Shown: positions 17,407 to 26,538 of the stretch, one piece after another | Layout of the letters: each line of letters opens with the position of its first letter | Position numbering within the stretch: position 1 is the first letter of the stretch | The notes under the pieces: generated by a model | The model's input: the letters and a program-made list of their open reading frames with translations, nothing else | What the model was told of the DNA's origin: nothing | The model's database searches: none | DNA from: Candidatus Nomurabacteria bacterium | GTDB lineage: Bacteria; Patescibacteriota; Patescibacteriia; UBA1558; GWA2-36-10 | Assembly: GCA_020632415.1 (NCBI GenBank) | Contig: JACKFO010000002.1 | Location: 228,605 to 292,604 of the forward strand | Length of the DNA: 64,000 nucleotides | Direction of reading: 5' to 3' | Made by a program: the position numbers and the translations under genes

Positions 17407-19215
17407 TTAGTGTAAAGCGCCGCCCCACTCTGTCAGGACAAATCCTTCTCGGATTGGAGTTTTAAATGTTTGAGCTTGGACATTTATTTTCTGATCCAAA
17501 GCTCTGTAGTCCATGAAGACGCGAATAATTGTATCTGGCTTTGGACTGACTTCTAGCGGAGCTAGTTGATCAAACTGTTCTTGAGGAACAAAAGTAATAA
17601 AGTAGTAAGGTTTTTCTTGCATTTTTGGTGCCCAGAAATCAATAAATTCATTGTACTCTTGAGCTATTAAACCTTGTTGAGCTAATTTTTCAGTTAAAAA
17701 TTCAATAATATTTTCTCTAGCCACAACAAAACCTTTGTCTGGCATTTGATAATTTAATCCTAAGCCTTCCCAAAATAAATAAGGATAGTTTTTCTGATCA
17801 TCATAGTTATACAAATTTCCTTCAGGATCAGCTTTGACTAGCCAGCCATTTTTGTATTCCGGCTCAGTAATTGTCAGACCATTATTTGGAAAAACTTTGA
17901 CTAAAATGTCAGTAGTTTTTTCAGGATAAAGGTAGATAACCGGCTTGCCCATTTCAACTGGTGGTACATATTTGGCGTTTTTAAACATGATATACTTTCC
18001 AAAAGGATCTTGCCAAAATAAAACTGGATGATCAGCCAAAAACTCTGAAAAACTTGGCTTATCTTGTCCTTCTGGCGAGTAAATAGTGTCGTACATTGAT
18101 TGAAGTAGAGATTTTTGATCGTTAGCTTGTTCTTTTAAATTAATATCAGCTAATTCATAAATAGCATCGCCAGCAAAAGTTTCCCCGGTCTTTTTTATTT
18201 GAGAGTTATTGCTAATAAAATTAGCATAGTCATAACAGCCGACGTCTGGTGAAAAATAAAATGTTTTATTAAACAGATATTCGTTGTTATTATCAGAGTT
18301 GTCGTCAAATGAAATGTTTAGTTTGTATGGTTTTAAGCCAAAATAAGAACTAGGATCTTGGCTTTCTTCGCCGACGAAGTTTAAGTCTAGGATGTAGTTG
18401 ATCGCTGAGTGGTCATTTTGTTCAGCAATATAGCAGTTGTTAACGTTGTCTTTGTAAATAGTAACTTCATCGTTGCTTAAAATTTCTTGAGCGTTATAAT
18501 CACTTAGTATTTTTTTTGGATCGGTTTCGGCTTTGGTAAATTTATTGTTTGTATTTGGGATATTAACAATCTCTGGATTATCTTCTAGATTCTTAATTGT
18601 TATTAAATTATTAAATTTAAATAAACTTCCATAGCTAAAATAAACAAGACTATTTTCATCATTGAGACTCGATTCGTTTTTGATGATTATCAGCTCTCCA
18701 TCATTATTAATAATTCTGCTGATACCATTTGATAAACAAGGGCCTTCACAAGGTAAAGTGGCCAAATACAAATCTTTTCCTTGGTAAGGGCCTTCGGCTA
18801 TTGTTCCGGCGTTATAAAATGAAACACGATTATAGACAAACTCATATAAAGAGCCGTAGTTATCAATAAAATTTTGATTATTGAGTAAGGACTCATTTAA
18901 ATTACTAGTTTTTTCACCAAAAATTTCATTAGCGTTGCTAATTTTGGCCAACCAATTTTTCCAATCAACTCTAATTTCATTTGTTGCTAATTCTTCTTCC
19001 TCTTCTGAACTATTTGTGCCATTAATAATGTTTTGATTTATAATATTTATGTTTTGTTGATTTTCTAAATTAATTTCTGAATTTTTTTTATTAAATAAAA
19101 AATAGACAGTAAGTAAATTACTGATTATTAATAAAATTACTAAAAGCGAGAGTGTGAGTTTAAAGTGATTTTTTTCTGTCTTTATTTCCACACTCTTTTC
19201 TTCTTGAAAATCCAT
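17407..19215 (-). CDS. Hypothetical membrane-anchored secreted protein, Asn/Ser-rich
   Basis: 602 aa; one N-terminal TM helix then low-complexity N-rich region; 1-nt spacing to the downstream Memo-CapA gene (operon). Confidence 0.5.
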   Translation of the reverse strand: MDFQEEKSVEIKTEKNHFKLTLSLLVILLIISNLLTVYFLFNKKNSEINLENQQNINIINQNIINGTNSSEEEEELATNEIRVDWKNWLAKISNANEIFGEKTSNLNESLLNNQNFIDNYGSLYEFVYNRVSFYNAGTIAEGPYQGKDLYLATLPCEGPCLSNGISRIINNDGELIIIKNESSLNDENSLVYFSYGSLFKFNNLITIKNLEDNPEIVNIPNTNNKFTKAETDPKKILSDYNAQEILSNDEVTIYKDNVNNCYIAEQNDHSAINYILDLNFVGEESQDPSSYFGLKPYKLNISFDDNSDNNNEYLFNKTFYFSPDVGCYDYANFISNNSQIKKTGETFAGDAIYELADINLKEQANDQKSLLQSMYDTIYSPEGQDKPSFSEFLADHPVLFWQDPFGKYIMFKNAKYVPPVEMGKPVIYLYPEKTTDILVKVFPNNGLTITEPEYKNGWLVKADPEGNLYNYDDQKNYPYLFWEGLGLNYQMPDKGFVVARENIIEFLTEKLAQQGLIAQEYNEFIDFWAPKMQEKPYYFITFVPQEQFDQLAPLEVSPKPDTIIRVFMDYRALDQKINVQAQTFKTPIREGFVLTEWGGALH

Positions 19216-19235
19216 ATTTTTTTGTAAGTTTATAT

Positions 19236-20480
19236 TTAAGGTAAATAATTCAAAGGATTAACGGGTATGCCATTTAAACGGACTTCTAGATGCAAATGAG
19301 GCCCAGTAGTGAACGGTCCAGCGCCACGAGTGCCCGGCATACCGCCAGAATAGCCAATAATTTGGCCTTTACTGATGAATTGGTCTTCTTCTACGGAAAT
19401 AACATTAACATGGCCATAAACTGATGATAAGCCGTCAGCGTGAACTAGCATGATGTAGCTGTAACCAGTTTGTCCGCCATCTTTAGCCTTAGCAACATAG
19501 CCAGAATCGATAGCTCTAATTGCTGTTCCTTGAGCTGCTTTAATGTCAATTGCTGGATGTTCAAAAATATAACGATAAGGATAATCAGGGTCATGAAAAG
19601 TAGCAGTAACAATTTGAGATGGCACTGGCCACATAAAACCGTCAGAGTTAAGTTCTTGCTGTTCTAATTGACGATTTAGTCTTTCACGGGCAGTTTGTTC
19701 TAAATAGACAATGTCGCTATTAAGCTGCTGTTGTTCTTGTCTGGCTTGTTCAAGTAAAGCTTGATAGCTCGCTTCTTGGCCATGAGTTTGTTCCAAAAGA
19801 TTGGCTTTGACGATTTTTTGACCACTTAAACTTTCTTTTTTACTAGCTAGTCTTTCAGCTAAAACTAATAATTCATCTTGATTTGCTTCTAGCTCTTTTT
19901 TTTCATCAGTCAAAGATAATTTGATTTTTTGCAAGTCCTCTACTCTAGACAGTAAAGTGTCTTGTAGATCTTCCATTCTTTTTATTTCACCGATAAAGTC
20001 ACTAAAATTGTTATTCATCAGCAAAACTTCTAACAAACTAGTATTTTGTTGTTCACGGTGAACGGTTCTTAAAATTTCAGCGATCACTGCTTTTTGTTCG
20101 GAAATTTCTTTTTCTTTAGCTTGAATTTTGATATTTGTATTTTCAATTTGCAAAGCAGCGGTTTCTTTTTCCAGCTCAATAGTTGCCACTTCTAAATTTA
20201 TTTTGGCAATACTTTCGTTAATCGTTGCAACTTGATTTGATAGAGAGTTTAGTTCTCGTTGTTTTGCGGTGATATTTTTTTTGTAGACATCGATTTGTTT
20301 GTTTAGTTCAGTAATTGTCGAACGTTTTTCGTTGATGTCTTGATTGAGTTGCCATAATTCTTGATTGACCTCACTGCCGAAGTTGTATTCAACAGCTTTA
20401 CTAATCGTTGGAAATAAAAAGCTAGCCAAAAAACTAGCTAAGATAAGTCGAGCGATTATTTTGATTTTTATTTTATTCAT
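19236..20480 (-). CDS. M23 family metallopeptidase with N-terminal coiled-coil (EnvC/LytM-like murein hydrolase or activator)
   Basis: 414 aa; signal/TM, about 250 aa coiled coil, C-terminal M23 motifs HADGLSSVYGHV and HLHLEVR. Confidence 0.8.
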   Translation of the reverse strand: MNKIKIKIIARLILASFLASFLFPTISKAVEYNFGSEVNQELWQLNQDINEKRSTITELNKQIDVYKKNITAKQRELNSLSNQVATINESIAKINLEVATIELEKETAALQIENTNIKIQAKEKEISEQKAVIAEILRTVHREQQNTSLLEVLLMNNNFSDFIGEIKRMEDLQDTLLSRVEDLQKIKLSLTDEKKELEANQDELLVLAERLASKKESLSGQKIVKANLLEQTHGQEASYQALLEQARQEQQQLNSDIVYLEQTARERLNRQLEQQELNSDGFMWPVPSQIVTATFHDPDYPYRYIFEHPAIDIKAAQGTAIRAIDSGYVAKAKDGGQTGYSYIMLVHADGLSSVYGHVNVISVEEDQFISKGQIIGYSGGMPGTRGAGPFTTGPHLHLEVRLNGIPVNPLNYLP

Positions 20481-20500
20481 GATCTTTTTAACTATTCTAT

Positions 20501-20511
20501 ATTATAACACA
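20501..20511 (-). promoter_or_regulatory. Extended -10 promoter (TGTGTTATAAT, minus strand) for the M23 peptidase gene
   Basis: Minus-strand reading: ttttGTGTTATAATATAg; the same 17-nt box recurs at 23341-23358 on the plus strand. Confidence 0.4.
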
Positions 20512-20536
20512 AAATAGTTATTTTCTCCAAAATTTT

Positions 20537-21970
20537 TTAAGAGAGTTTATCCACAGCCTGTTTTAGGCGTTTTAAACTTTCCTCTTTTTCCAAAACCCAC
20601 AAGATTTCTGCTGGAGAAGGACTTTTTTCTTGTCCTGACAAAGCAACGCGCACTGGCCAAAATAGATCACCAGGATTTAAGTTATGATCTTGAATTAATT
20701 TATCTAATAGCTCAAATAATTCTTTTTCTTGCCATTGATCTTCTGTTATTTTTGCTAAATTCTCTAGAGCTAGATTTAGACCAAGCTTAGTTTTTTCTAA
20801 ATCACTTTTTTTGAAAATCAACATTTCTGCCGGATAATCAGCTAAATTATAATAAAATGCAGCCGCTTCTTTTAGTTCTGATAAATTGTTTAACCTACTA
20901 CCAGAAACTTTTAAAACTTTTTCTAAATCGTAAGTAGTTGCTAATATCTTTTTTGATTCGTTTAAAATATTTTGGTAAGTAGCGTCTTGGTTATTGATTG
21001 CTTGGCGAATATATTCAGCATTAAACCAGTTTAATTTCTGTAAATCAAAAATTGCCCCAGCTTTATTAATTTTTTCTAGTGAAAATTCTTTTTCTAGGTC
21101 TTTGAGGCTAAAAAATTCTTGATCAGTACCTGGATTCCAGCCCAAAAGTGCTACGTAGTTTAACAAAGCCTCTTTTAGATATCCTTTGGCTAAAAAATCT
21201 TCCACCGCAACATCTCCTTGGCGCTTAGAAAGTTTAGAACGATCGGGGTTTAATAATAATGGCAAGTGGACGAATTCCGGGATTGCATTTTCCCAGCCAA
21301 ATGCTTGGTATAACAAATAGTGTTTTGGCAGCGAAGGAAGCCATTCCTCTCCTCTGATCGCATGACTAATTTGCATTTCATGGTCATCGATGATATTCGC
21401 TAAATGGTAAGTAGGAAAACCATCTGATTTTAAGATAATAAAATCATCTAAATCAAGGTTATTAACGGTGATTTTGCCATAAACCAAATCATTGACTTCC
21501 GTCTTTTTTTCACTTGGGACATAAAAACGAATGACATGTTTTTCTCCTTTAGCCAATTTTTCTTCAATTTCTTCAGGGCTTAAATTTAAGCAATGACGAT
21601 CATAACGAGGCATTTGTTTCTTAGCTTGTTGTGATTCTCTTAAGTTTTCTAAGCGTTCAGCAGAACAAAAACAATAATAAGCCTTTTTTTCGGCAACTAA
21701 GTTTTTTGCGGCTTCTTGGTAAATTTTAATCCTTTTTGATTGAATCATTGGCTCTTGATTGTCGAAATCTAAGCCCATTTCTCGTAAAATTTTGATTAAA
21801 TTTTCAGCTGCTCCTTCGACTAAACGATTTTGATCAGTATCTTCTATTCTTAATAAAAATTGACCATTGTTTTTTTTGGCCCAAAGATAATTAAACAAAG
21901 CCGTGCGTAATCCGCCAATATGTAGGTAGCCAGTTGGACTTGGAGCAAATCTGCTAATAATTTTTTTCAT
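20537..21970 (-). CDS. gltX: Glutamate--tRNA ligase
   Basis: 477 aa; HIGH motif HIGGLRTALFN, KMSKS-type motif KLSKR. Confidence 0.9.
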   Translation of the reverse strand: MKKIISRFAPSPTGYLHIGGLRTALFNYLWAKKNNGQFLLRIEDTDQNRLVEGAAENLIKILREMGLDFDNQEPMIQSKRIKIYQEAAKNLVAEKKAYYCFCSAERLENLRESQQAKKQMPRYDRHCLNLSPEEIEEKLAKGEKHVIRFYVPSEKKTEVNDLVYGKITVNNLDLDDFIILKSDGFPTYHLANIIDDHEMQISHAIRGEEWLPSLPKHYLLYQAFGWENAIPEFVHLPLLLNPDRSKLSKRQGDVAVEDFLAKGYLKEALLNYVALLGWNPGTDQEFFSLKDLEKEFSLEKINKAGAIFDLQKLNWFNAEYIRQAINNQDATYQNILNESKKILATTYDLEKVLKVSGSRLNNLSELKEAAAFYYNLADYPAEMLIFKKSDLEKTKLGLNLALENLAKITEDQWQEKELFELLDKLIQDHNLNPGDLFWPVRVALSGQEKSPSPAEILWVLEKEESLKRLKQAVDKLS

Positions 21971-21975
21971 ATGAA

Positions 21976-22713
21976 TTAATTTTTTTCTAATTTATTTTTT
22001 ATCACCAGAAAAGGAAAAATAATTGTTGCTCGAAAAATTCTTTTTAAACGATTTGGTTGCTTGATTAAGCGCCAGAACCATTCTAATCCGAAGCTGGAAA
22101 ATATTTTTGGTGCTCTTTTTTGTGCTTCGGATAAAAAATCTACAGCACCACCAATTCCAGCAGCAATTTTGACACTGGATAAACGAGTTAAATTTTCAGC
22201 AATCCATTCTTCTTGTTTCGGCGCACCTAAGCCAACTAAAAGTATTTCTGGTTGTAAAATTTGTCCTTTTAAGATAGCTTCTTTTTCGATGGCAACTTGA
22301 AATTCTAGGTTTGGGTATTTTTCTTTTAGTTTAAAGTATAGTTTTTCTGGTTTAGTGAAACCATCTTCTCTTAAGCAAAATAACACCTTGTAGCCCTTGA
22401 TGCTAGCAATTTGTAGCAACATTTCAGTCAAACGGACGCCGGTTAGACGATGATTAAGCGAGACTTTGTGTCCATTAAGCTGCAAAGCCCAGATTATTCC
22501 CGTGCCATCAATAGTAGCTAGACTTGTTTCTTTTAAGATAGTTTTAAATTTTTTATTTTTTTGTGCTTCTAAAATAAATTCTGGATTGACAGTAGCTATT
22601 TGATGTTGTTGGTCAGAAGTTAAAAAATCAAACAAAAGCTCTTTGGCTAAATGTTCAGGAAGATAGTTTACCTTGACTCCTAAAATTTCAAACTCTTGCA
22701 TATTATAAATCAA
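21976..22713 (-). CDS. WecG/TagA/CpsF family glycosyltransferase (GT26)
   Basis: 245 aa; LVGLGAPKQEEWIAEN...GIGGAVDFLSE..KRAP..GLEWFWRL closely matches TagA/WecG C-terminal signature. Confidence 0.85.
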   Translation of the reverse strand: MIYNMQEFEILGVKVNYLPEHLAKELLFDFLTSDQQHQIATVNPEFILEAQKNKKFKTILKETSLATIDGTGIIWALQLNGHKVSLNHRLTGVRLTEMLLQIASIKGYKVLFCLREDGFTKPEKLYFKLKEKYPNLEFQVAIEKEAILKGQILQPEILLVGLGAPKQEEWIAENLTRLSSVKIAAGIGGAVDFLSEAQKRAPKIFSSFGLEWFWRLIKQPNRLKRIFRATIIFPFLVIKNKLEKN

Positions 22714-23266
22714 AAGTATTTAAAACTGTGTATTGCGGGCCGCCTTTTTGTAAAACACTTTCTTGCAATTCAAAGTGATCAACATAAGATAAGCCGTGAA
22801 CTTGCCAATCCAAAAAACTTTGCAAGTCTTTTCTTTTTACACCAGGATAAACTTTAGCAAGCGTTAAGTGTGGAGTAAAGTTACGTACTTCTTTATGAGC
22901 TAAACCGACTTGCCATAGTTGTTCTTCGATTGAGTTATAAAGTTTTTGAAGTTGTTCATTTTTTTTGAAGCCTAAAGACAAAACTCGCGGTGTTTGATCT
23001 GGCTCGTTTTCAGGAAAAATTTGAGTTTTTTCTATTTCTAATTCAAAAGCCTCGACATTTTGATGAGCAAGGTCTAAATTTTTGATAATTTCATCTAAAT
23101 TGTCAATCGGTGTGTCACCTAAAAATTTAATCGTTAAATGAAAATTTTCAAGTTTTGTGAATTTTAATCTGCTCTTAGGTAAATCTAAAAGAGCTAAATC
23201 TTTATTTATTTTTTTAGCTAAGAGCTGGTCAATTGGAATACTAATAAATAGTCTTTGATGTTCCAT
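22703..23266 (-). CDS. thpR: RNA 2',3'-cyclic phosphodiesterase (2H family, ThpR/LigT)
   Basis: 187 aa; two H-x-T-x motifs (FHLTIKFLG and PHLTLAK). Confidence 0.8.
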   Translation of the reverse strand: MEHQRLFISIPIDQLLAKKINKDLALLDLPKSRLKFTKLENFHLTIKFLGDTPIDNLDEIIKNLDLAHQNVEAFELEIEKTQIFPENEPDQTPRVLSLGFKKNEQLQKLYNSIEEQLWQVGLAHKEVRNFTPHLTLAKVYPGVKRKDLQSFLDWQVHGLSYVDHFELQESVLQKGGPQYTVLNTFDL

Positions 23267-23347
23267 AATTATCTAATTTGTAGCTTGATTTTAGCCTAAA
23301 ATTAGACTTTTAGCAAATTTGTCTTATTTTTGGTTTCTATTTTTTTG

Positions 23348-23356
23348 TGTTATAAT
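23348..23356 (+). promoter_or_regulatory. Extended -10 promoter (TGTTATAAT) for the 23400 gene
   Basis: tttTGTGTTATAATATAagtc; 44-nt leader to ATG. Confidence 0.4.
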
Positions 23357-23399
23357 ATAAGTCATAGGAAAAAGATTTTATTTACCTTATTTTTGATTT

Positions 23400-24839
23400 A
23401 TGAATAAAAAAATACAACGTATTTTAAGTTTTACAGTTTTGATTTTTAGTTTGCCAAATTTGGTTTTGGCAGCCAACATTGATTATTCAAATATCATTTC
23501 TGACGCAGAAGCAGAAAACTATCAATCAATGAACCAGGTTCAAATTAGAAATTTTTTACAAAGTAAAAATAGCACTTTGGCTAATTATTGGTATACTGGC
23601 TATAATCCTAGCCCTTTTGAAGAAATTATTCCCGAAGATCAAAGAACAACCGCTGATTATAAACAACGATCAGCAGTTGAAATTATTTATAATGCCGCTT
23701 GGGAAGCTCAGATTAACCCTCAGTTTTTGTTGACTATGTTGCAAAAAGAAATGAGTCTAATTGAAGATCCGGAGCCTACAGAAAGGCAATATGCTTTTGC
23801 TATGGGCTATTATTGTTTTGATGGTCAATCTTGTAATCCTCGTTGGCGTGGTTTTGGCAAACAAGTACGAGCAACCGCCTTGCAGTTTAGAGATTATCTA
23901 GACAACATTGAATCACGTGCTTATCAGACAGGAAAAACTTTTGTCATTGAAGGACAGTCAATTACTCCAGCAAACAATGTCACCGCTGGTCTTTATAACT
24001 ACACACCACATTTACACGGAAATTCTTTATTTAAAACTATTTGGGATCGTTATGAGTTTGGCGGTGAAACAACAGAAGAAATTATTTTAAATGGCGGCAT
24101 TATTCCAGAAGGTTCTTTGGTTCGAGCTCGTGACGGTGAAGATCTAGAAACAATTTTCTTGATCCATAACAATCAAAAGCAACCTTTTGCTTCTAATGCA
24201 GCTTTAGTTTCTCGTTATCATTTAGATCAAGTTTTAAATGTTCCTAGCGCAGAATTAGAAAAATTTCCTTTAGGCGCTAGTATTAATTATCCAGCCTACT
24301 CTATTTTGATGGCACCAAATGGTAATAAATATCTTTTGGATGGCCTAGAAAAAAGACTAATTGCCAACGATGAAGTTTTTAGAAATTTAGGTTTTAATCC
24401 AGCAGAAGTAGAAGAAGTAAGCTCTGAAGAATTGGCAAGTATTGAAGATGGTCAAATCATCGAGGATCCTAGTTTGAGTCCAGTAGCTCAGTTGCTAAGA
24501 GATACCTCTACTGGCGGAGTTTATTATGCAAAAGATGGTAAAAAATATCCGATAGTTGACCCAGAAATCATTAGTATTAACTATCCTGATCTAAAAATAG
24601 TTAATGCCACGACAATTCAGCTTGATCAATTACAAAAAGTAAGTTCCGCTAAAATAAGCGATGGCACTCTTTTAATCAGCGATGAAAGTAATCAGGTTTA
24701 TGTTATTGCTAACGGCAAAAGACGTTGGATCGTTGATCAAGAAACTTTTGAAGGCTTAGGCTATTCTTGGTCAAATATCAAAAAAGTTAGTGATCGAGTT
24801 TTAAAATTACACCAAGTTGGTGAACCAATAAGTTTATAA
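23400..24839 (+). CDS. Hypothetical secreted protein (signal peptide)
   Basis: 479 aa; N-terminal signal peptide LIFSLPNLVLAANI; no recognisable catalytic motifs. Confidence 0.5.
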   Translation: MNKKIQRILSFTVLIFSLPNLVLAANIDYSNIISDAEAENYQSMNQVQIRNFLQSKNSTLANYWYTGYNPSPFEEIIPEDQRTTADYKQRSAVEIIYNAAWEAQINPQFLLTMLQKEMSLIEDPEPTERQYAFAMGYYCFDGQSCNPRWRGFGKQVRATALQFRDYLDNIESRAYQTGKTFVIEGQSITPANNVTAGLYNYTPHLHGNSLFKTIWDRYEFGGETTEEIILNGGIIPEGSLVRARDGEDLETIFLIHNNQKQPFASNAALVSRYHLDQVLNVPSAELEKFPLGASINYPAYSILMAPNGNKYLLDGLEKRLIANDEVFRNLGFNPAEVEEVSSEELASIEDGQIIEDPSLSPVAQLLRDTSTGGVYYAKDGKKYPIVDPEIISINYPDLKIVNATTIQLDQLQKVSSAKISDGTLLISDESNQVYVIANGKRRWIVDQETFEGLGYSWSNIKKVSDRVLKLHQVGEPISL

Positions 24840-24840
24840 T

Positions 24841-25632
24841 ATGATTGTTTTTGCAAGTTTTGTTCCCCACTCTCCCCTTTTGATTCCAGAAGTGGGTAAA
24901 AATAATCTAGCTCAACTACAAAATACGGTTGATGCTTATCAAAAATTAGAGCAAGATATTTATGCTGCTAAGCCAGATGTTATTTTTTTGATTGCTCGTC
25001 ATGCTGATATTTTGCCAGCCTCTTTTTCGATCAATCAACGTCCAGAAATTAACATTGATTTTAAAAAATTTGGCGATTTGGTGACTAAAATTAAAATAGA
25101 CAATGATATTGCCCTTGGTTATCAAATTAAAGAAGCAGTCGAAACCTCTATGCCGATTACCCTCACTTCACAGGAGTTATTGGACTACAGCGCCGGCGTA
25201 CCTTTGTATTACCTGACTAGACATTTGCCAAAAATCAAAGTTGTTCCGATTAGCTATAGTTCTTTGGACAACCAAAAACATTTTGATTTTGGTAAACACC
25301 TTAAAGAAATGGCTAATCGTTCTGGAAAACGCGTAGCAATAATTGCTGCCGGAGATTTGTCTCATAAATTACATCAAGACTCTCCTGCTGGCTATTCTCC
25401 TCGCGCTCAAGAATTTGATCAACAATTGATGAAAGATTTAAATGAAAATAAAATTGACGATCTTTTGAACTTAGAAAGATCTTTTGTTGAAGAAGTGTCA
25501 GCGATTGATGGTTTTTATTCCTTGCTGATTTTATTAGGAGCAATAAAAAATCTTAATTACCGTTCTGATCGTTTGAGTTATCAAGCGCCATTTGGCATCG
25601 GCTATTTAGTGCAAAATTTTAAACTAAGATAA
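24841..25632 (+). CDS. LigB/MEMO1-superfamily protein (class III extradiol dioxygenase-like)
   Basis: 263 aa; N-terminal FVPHSPLL and AIIAAGDLSHKLH resemble DODA/LigB-Memo metal-binding motifs; assignment tentative. Confidence 0.45.
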   Translation: MIVFASFVPHSPLLIPEVGKNNLAQLQNTVDAYQKLEQDIYAAKPDVIFLIARHADILPASFSINQRPEINIDFKKFGDLVTKIKIDNDIALGYQIKEAVETSMPITLTSQELLDYSAGVPLYYLTRHLPKIKVVPISYSSLDNQKHFDFGKHLKEMANRSGKRVAIIAAGDLSHKLHQDSPAGYSPRAQEFDQQLMKDLNENKIDDLLNLERSFVEEVSAIDGFYSLLILLGAIKNLNYRSDRLSYQAPFGIGYLVQNFKLR

Positions 25633-25665
25633 ATAAAAAAATCTGCTTAAGCAGATTTTTTTTTA
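25631..25665. terminator. Bidirectional rho-independent terminator between convergent genes
   Basis: AAAAAAATCTGCTTAAGCAGATTTTTTTTT: perfect palindrome flanked by A-run and T-run. Confidence 0.75.
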
Positions 25666-25934
25666 GCTTTGTCAGCAACAACTTTAAAAAAATATTTCCA
25701 GGGCTCTCCATTTTTGCAGAGCTCTTTTGTGTCAGCAACACAACCCTCAATAAAGGCTCGTGGATAATCTTTGCAGATTTTAAAAACAGAGTTTCGTTTA
25801 AAACCAGGGATGCTTAAATCTTTGATTATTTGCAAAGCAAAATCTTGCCATTGATAGGCTGGTGGTTTTGGTTTATTTTCTTCTATTCTATTTTTGAAAA
25901 TATCCCCTAAAGTTTGAAAACTAGAGTCTGGCAT
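25647..25934 (-). CDS. Hypothetical small protein (95 aa)
   Basis: ORF flanked by terminator and intergenic region; no motifs recognised. Confidence 0.4.
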   Translation of the reverse strand: MPDSSFQTLGDIFKNRIEENKPKPPAYQWQDFALQIIKDLSIPGFKRNSVFKICKDYPRAFIEGCVADTKELCKNGEPWKYFFKVVADKAKKKSA

Positions 25935-26003
25935 TGTTTGGATTTTTGGCTAATTTATAATTTATGCTAGAATTATAACAGAAAAATCCTTAAAGTCTAA
26001 ATA

Positions 26004-26032
26004 TTGACAAAAAGTCAAAAAAATATTATACT
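26004..26032 (+). promoter_or_regulatory. Sigma-70-type promoter TTGACA-17-TATACT for def-fmt; predicts a leaderless mRNA
   Basis: -10 ends 8 nt before the ATG at 26041; -35 embedded in palindrome TTGACAAAAAGTCAA. Confidence 0.6.
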
Positions 26033-26040
26033 ATCAAATT

Positions 26041-26538
26041 ATGTTAAATATTGCCAAATATCCAGATCAGATCTTACGTCAAACAGCCAAAAAAGTGGTT
26101 GATTTTGATGCTGATTTAAAAAAACTCACTGAGGAAATGGCTCAAAGTATGTATGAGGATGATGGTGTTGGTTTAGCTGCACCGCAAGTTTCAGTCTCTA
26201 AGCGAGTAATCGTTATTGGTCAGCCAGATAAAAAAAGTTTTTTAACTTATATCAATCCAGAGATTAGCTTTTTTTCTAAAGACCAAGCAATCGGAGAAGA
26301 AGGTTGTTTATCTTTGCCAAAAATATTTGGCTTAGTCAAAAGAGCAAAAAAAATTCATATCAAATACCAAGACTTAAGTGGTCAGATACAAAAAGAGAAA
26401 ATCAAAGGTTTTTTAGCCGTTGTGCTCCAACATGAAATTGATCACTTAAATGGAATTTTGTTTATTGATCGCGCAGAAAAAATTACCGAAGGTCAAGAGA
26501 TTTTAGATCAGTTAAAACAAAAATTAGAAAAAAAATAA
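26041..26538 (+). CDS. def: Peptide deformylase
   Basis: 165 aa; motifs GVGLAAPQV, EGCLS, HEIDHLNG. Confidence 0.9.
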   Translation: MLNIAKYPDQILRQTAKKVVDFDADLKKLTEEMAQSMYEDDGVGLAAPQVSVSKRVIVIGQPDKKSFLTYINPEISFFSKDQAIGEEGCLSLPKIFGLVKRAKKIHIKYQDLSGQIQKEKIKGFLAVVLQHEIDHLNGILFIDRAEKITEGQEILDQLKQKLEKK

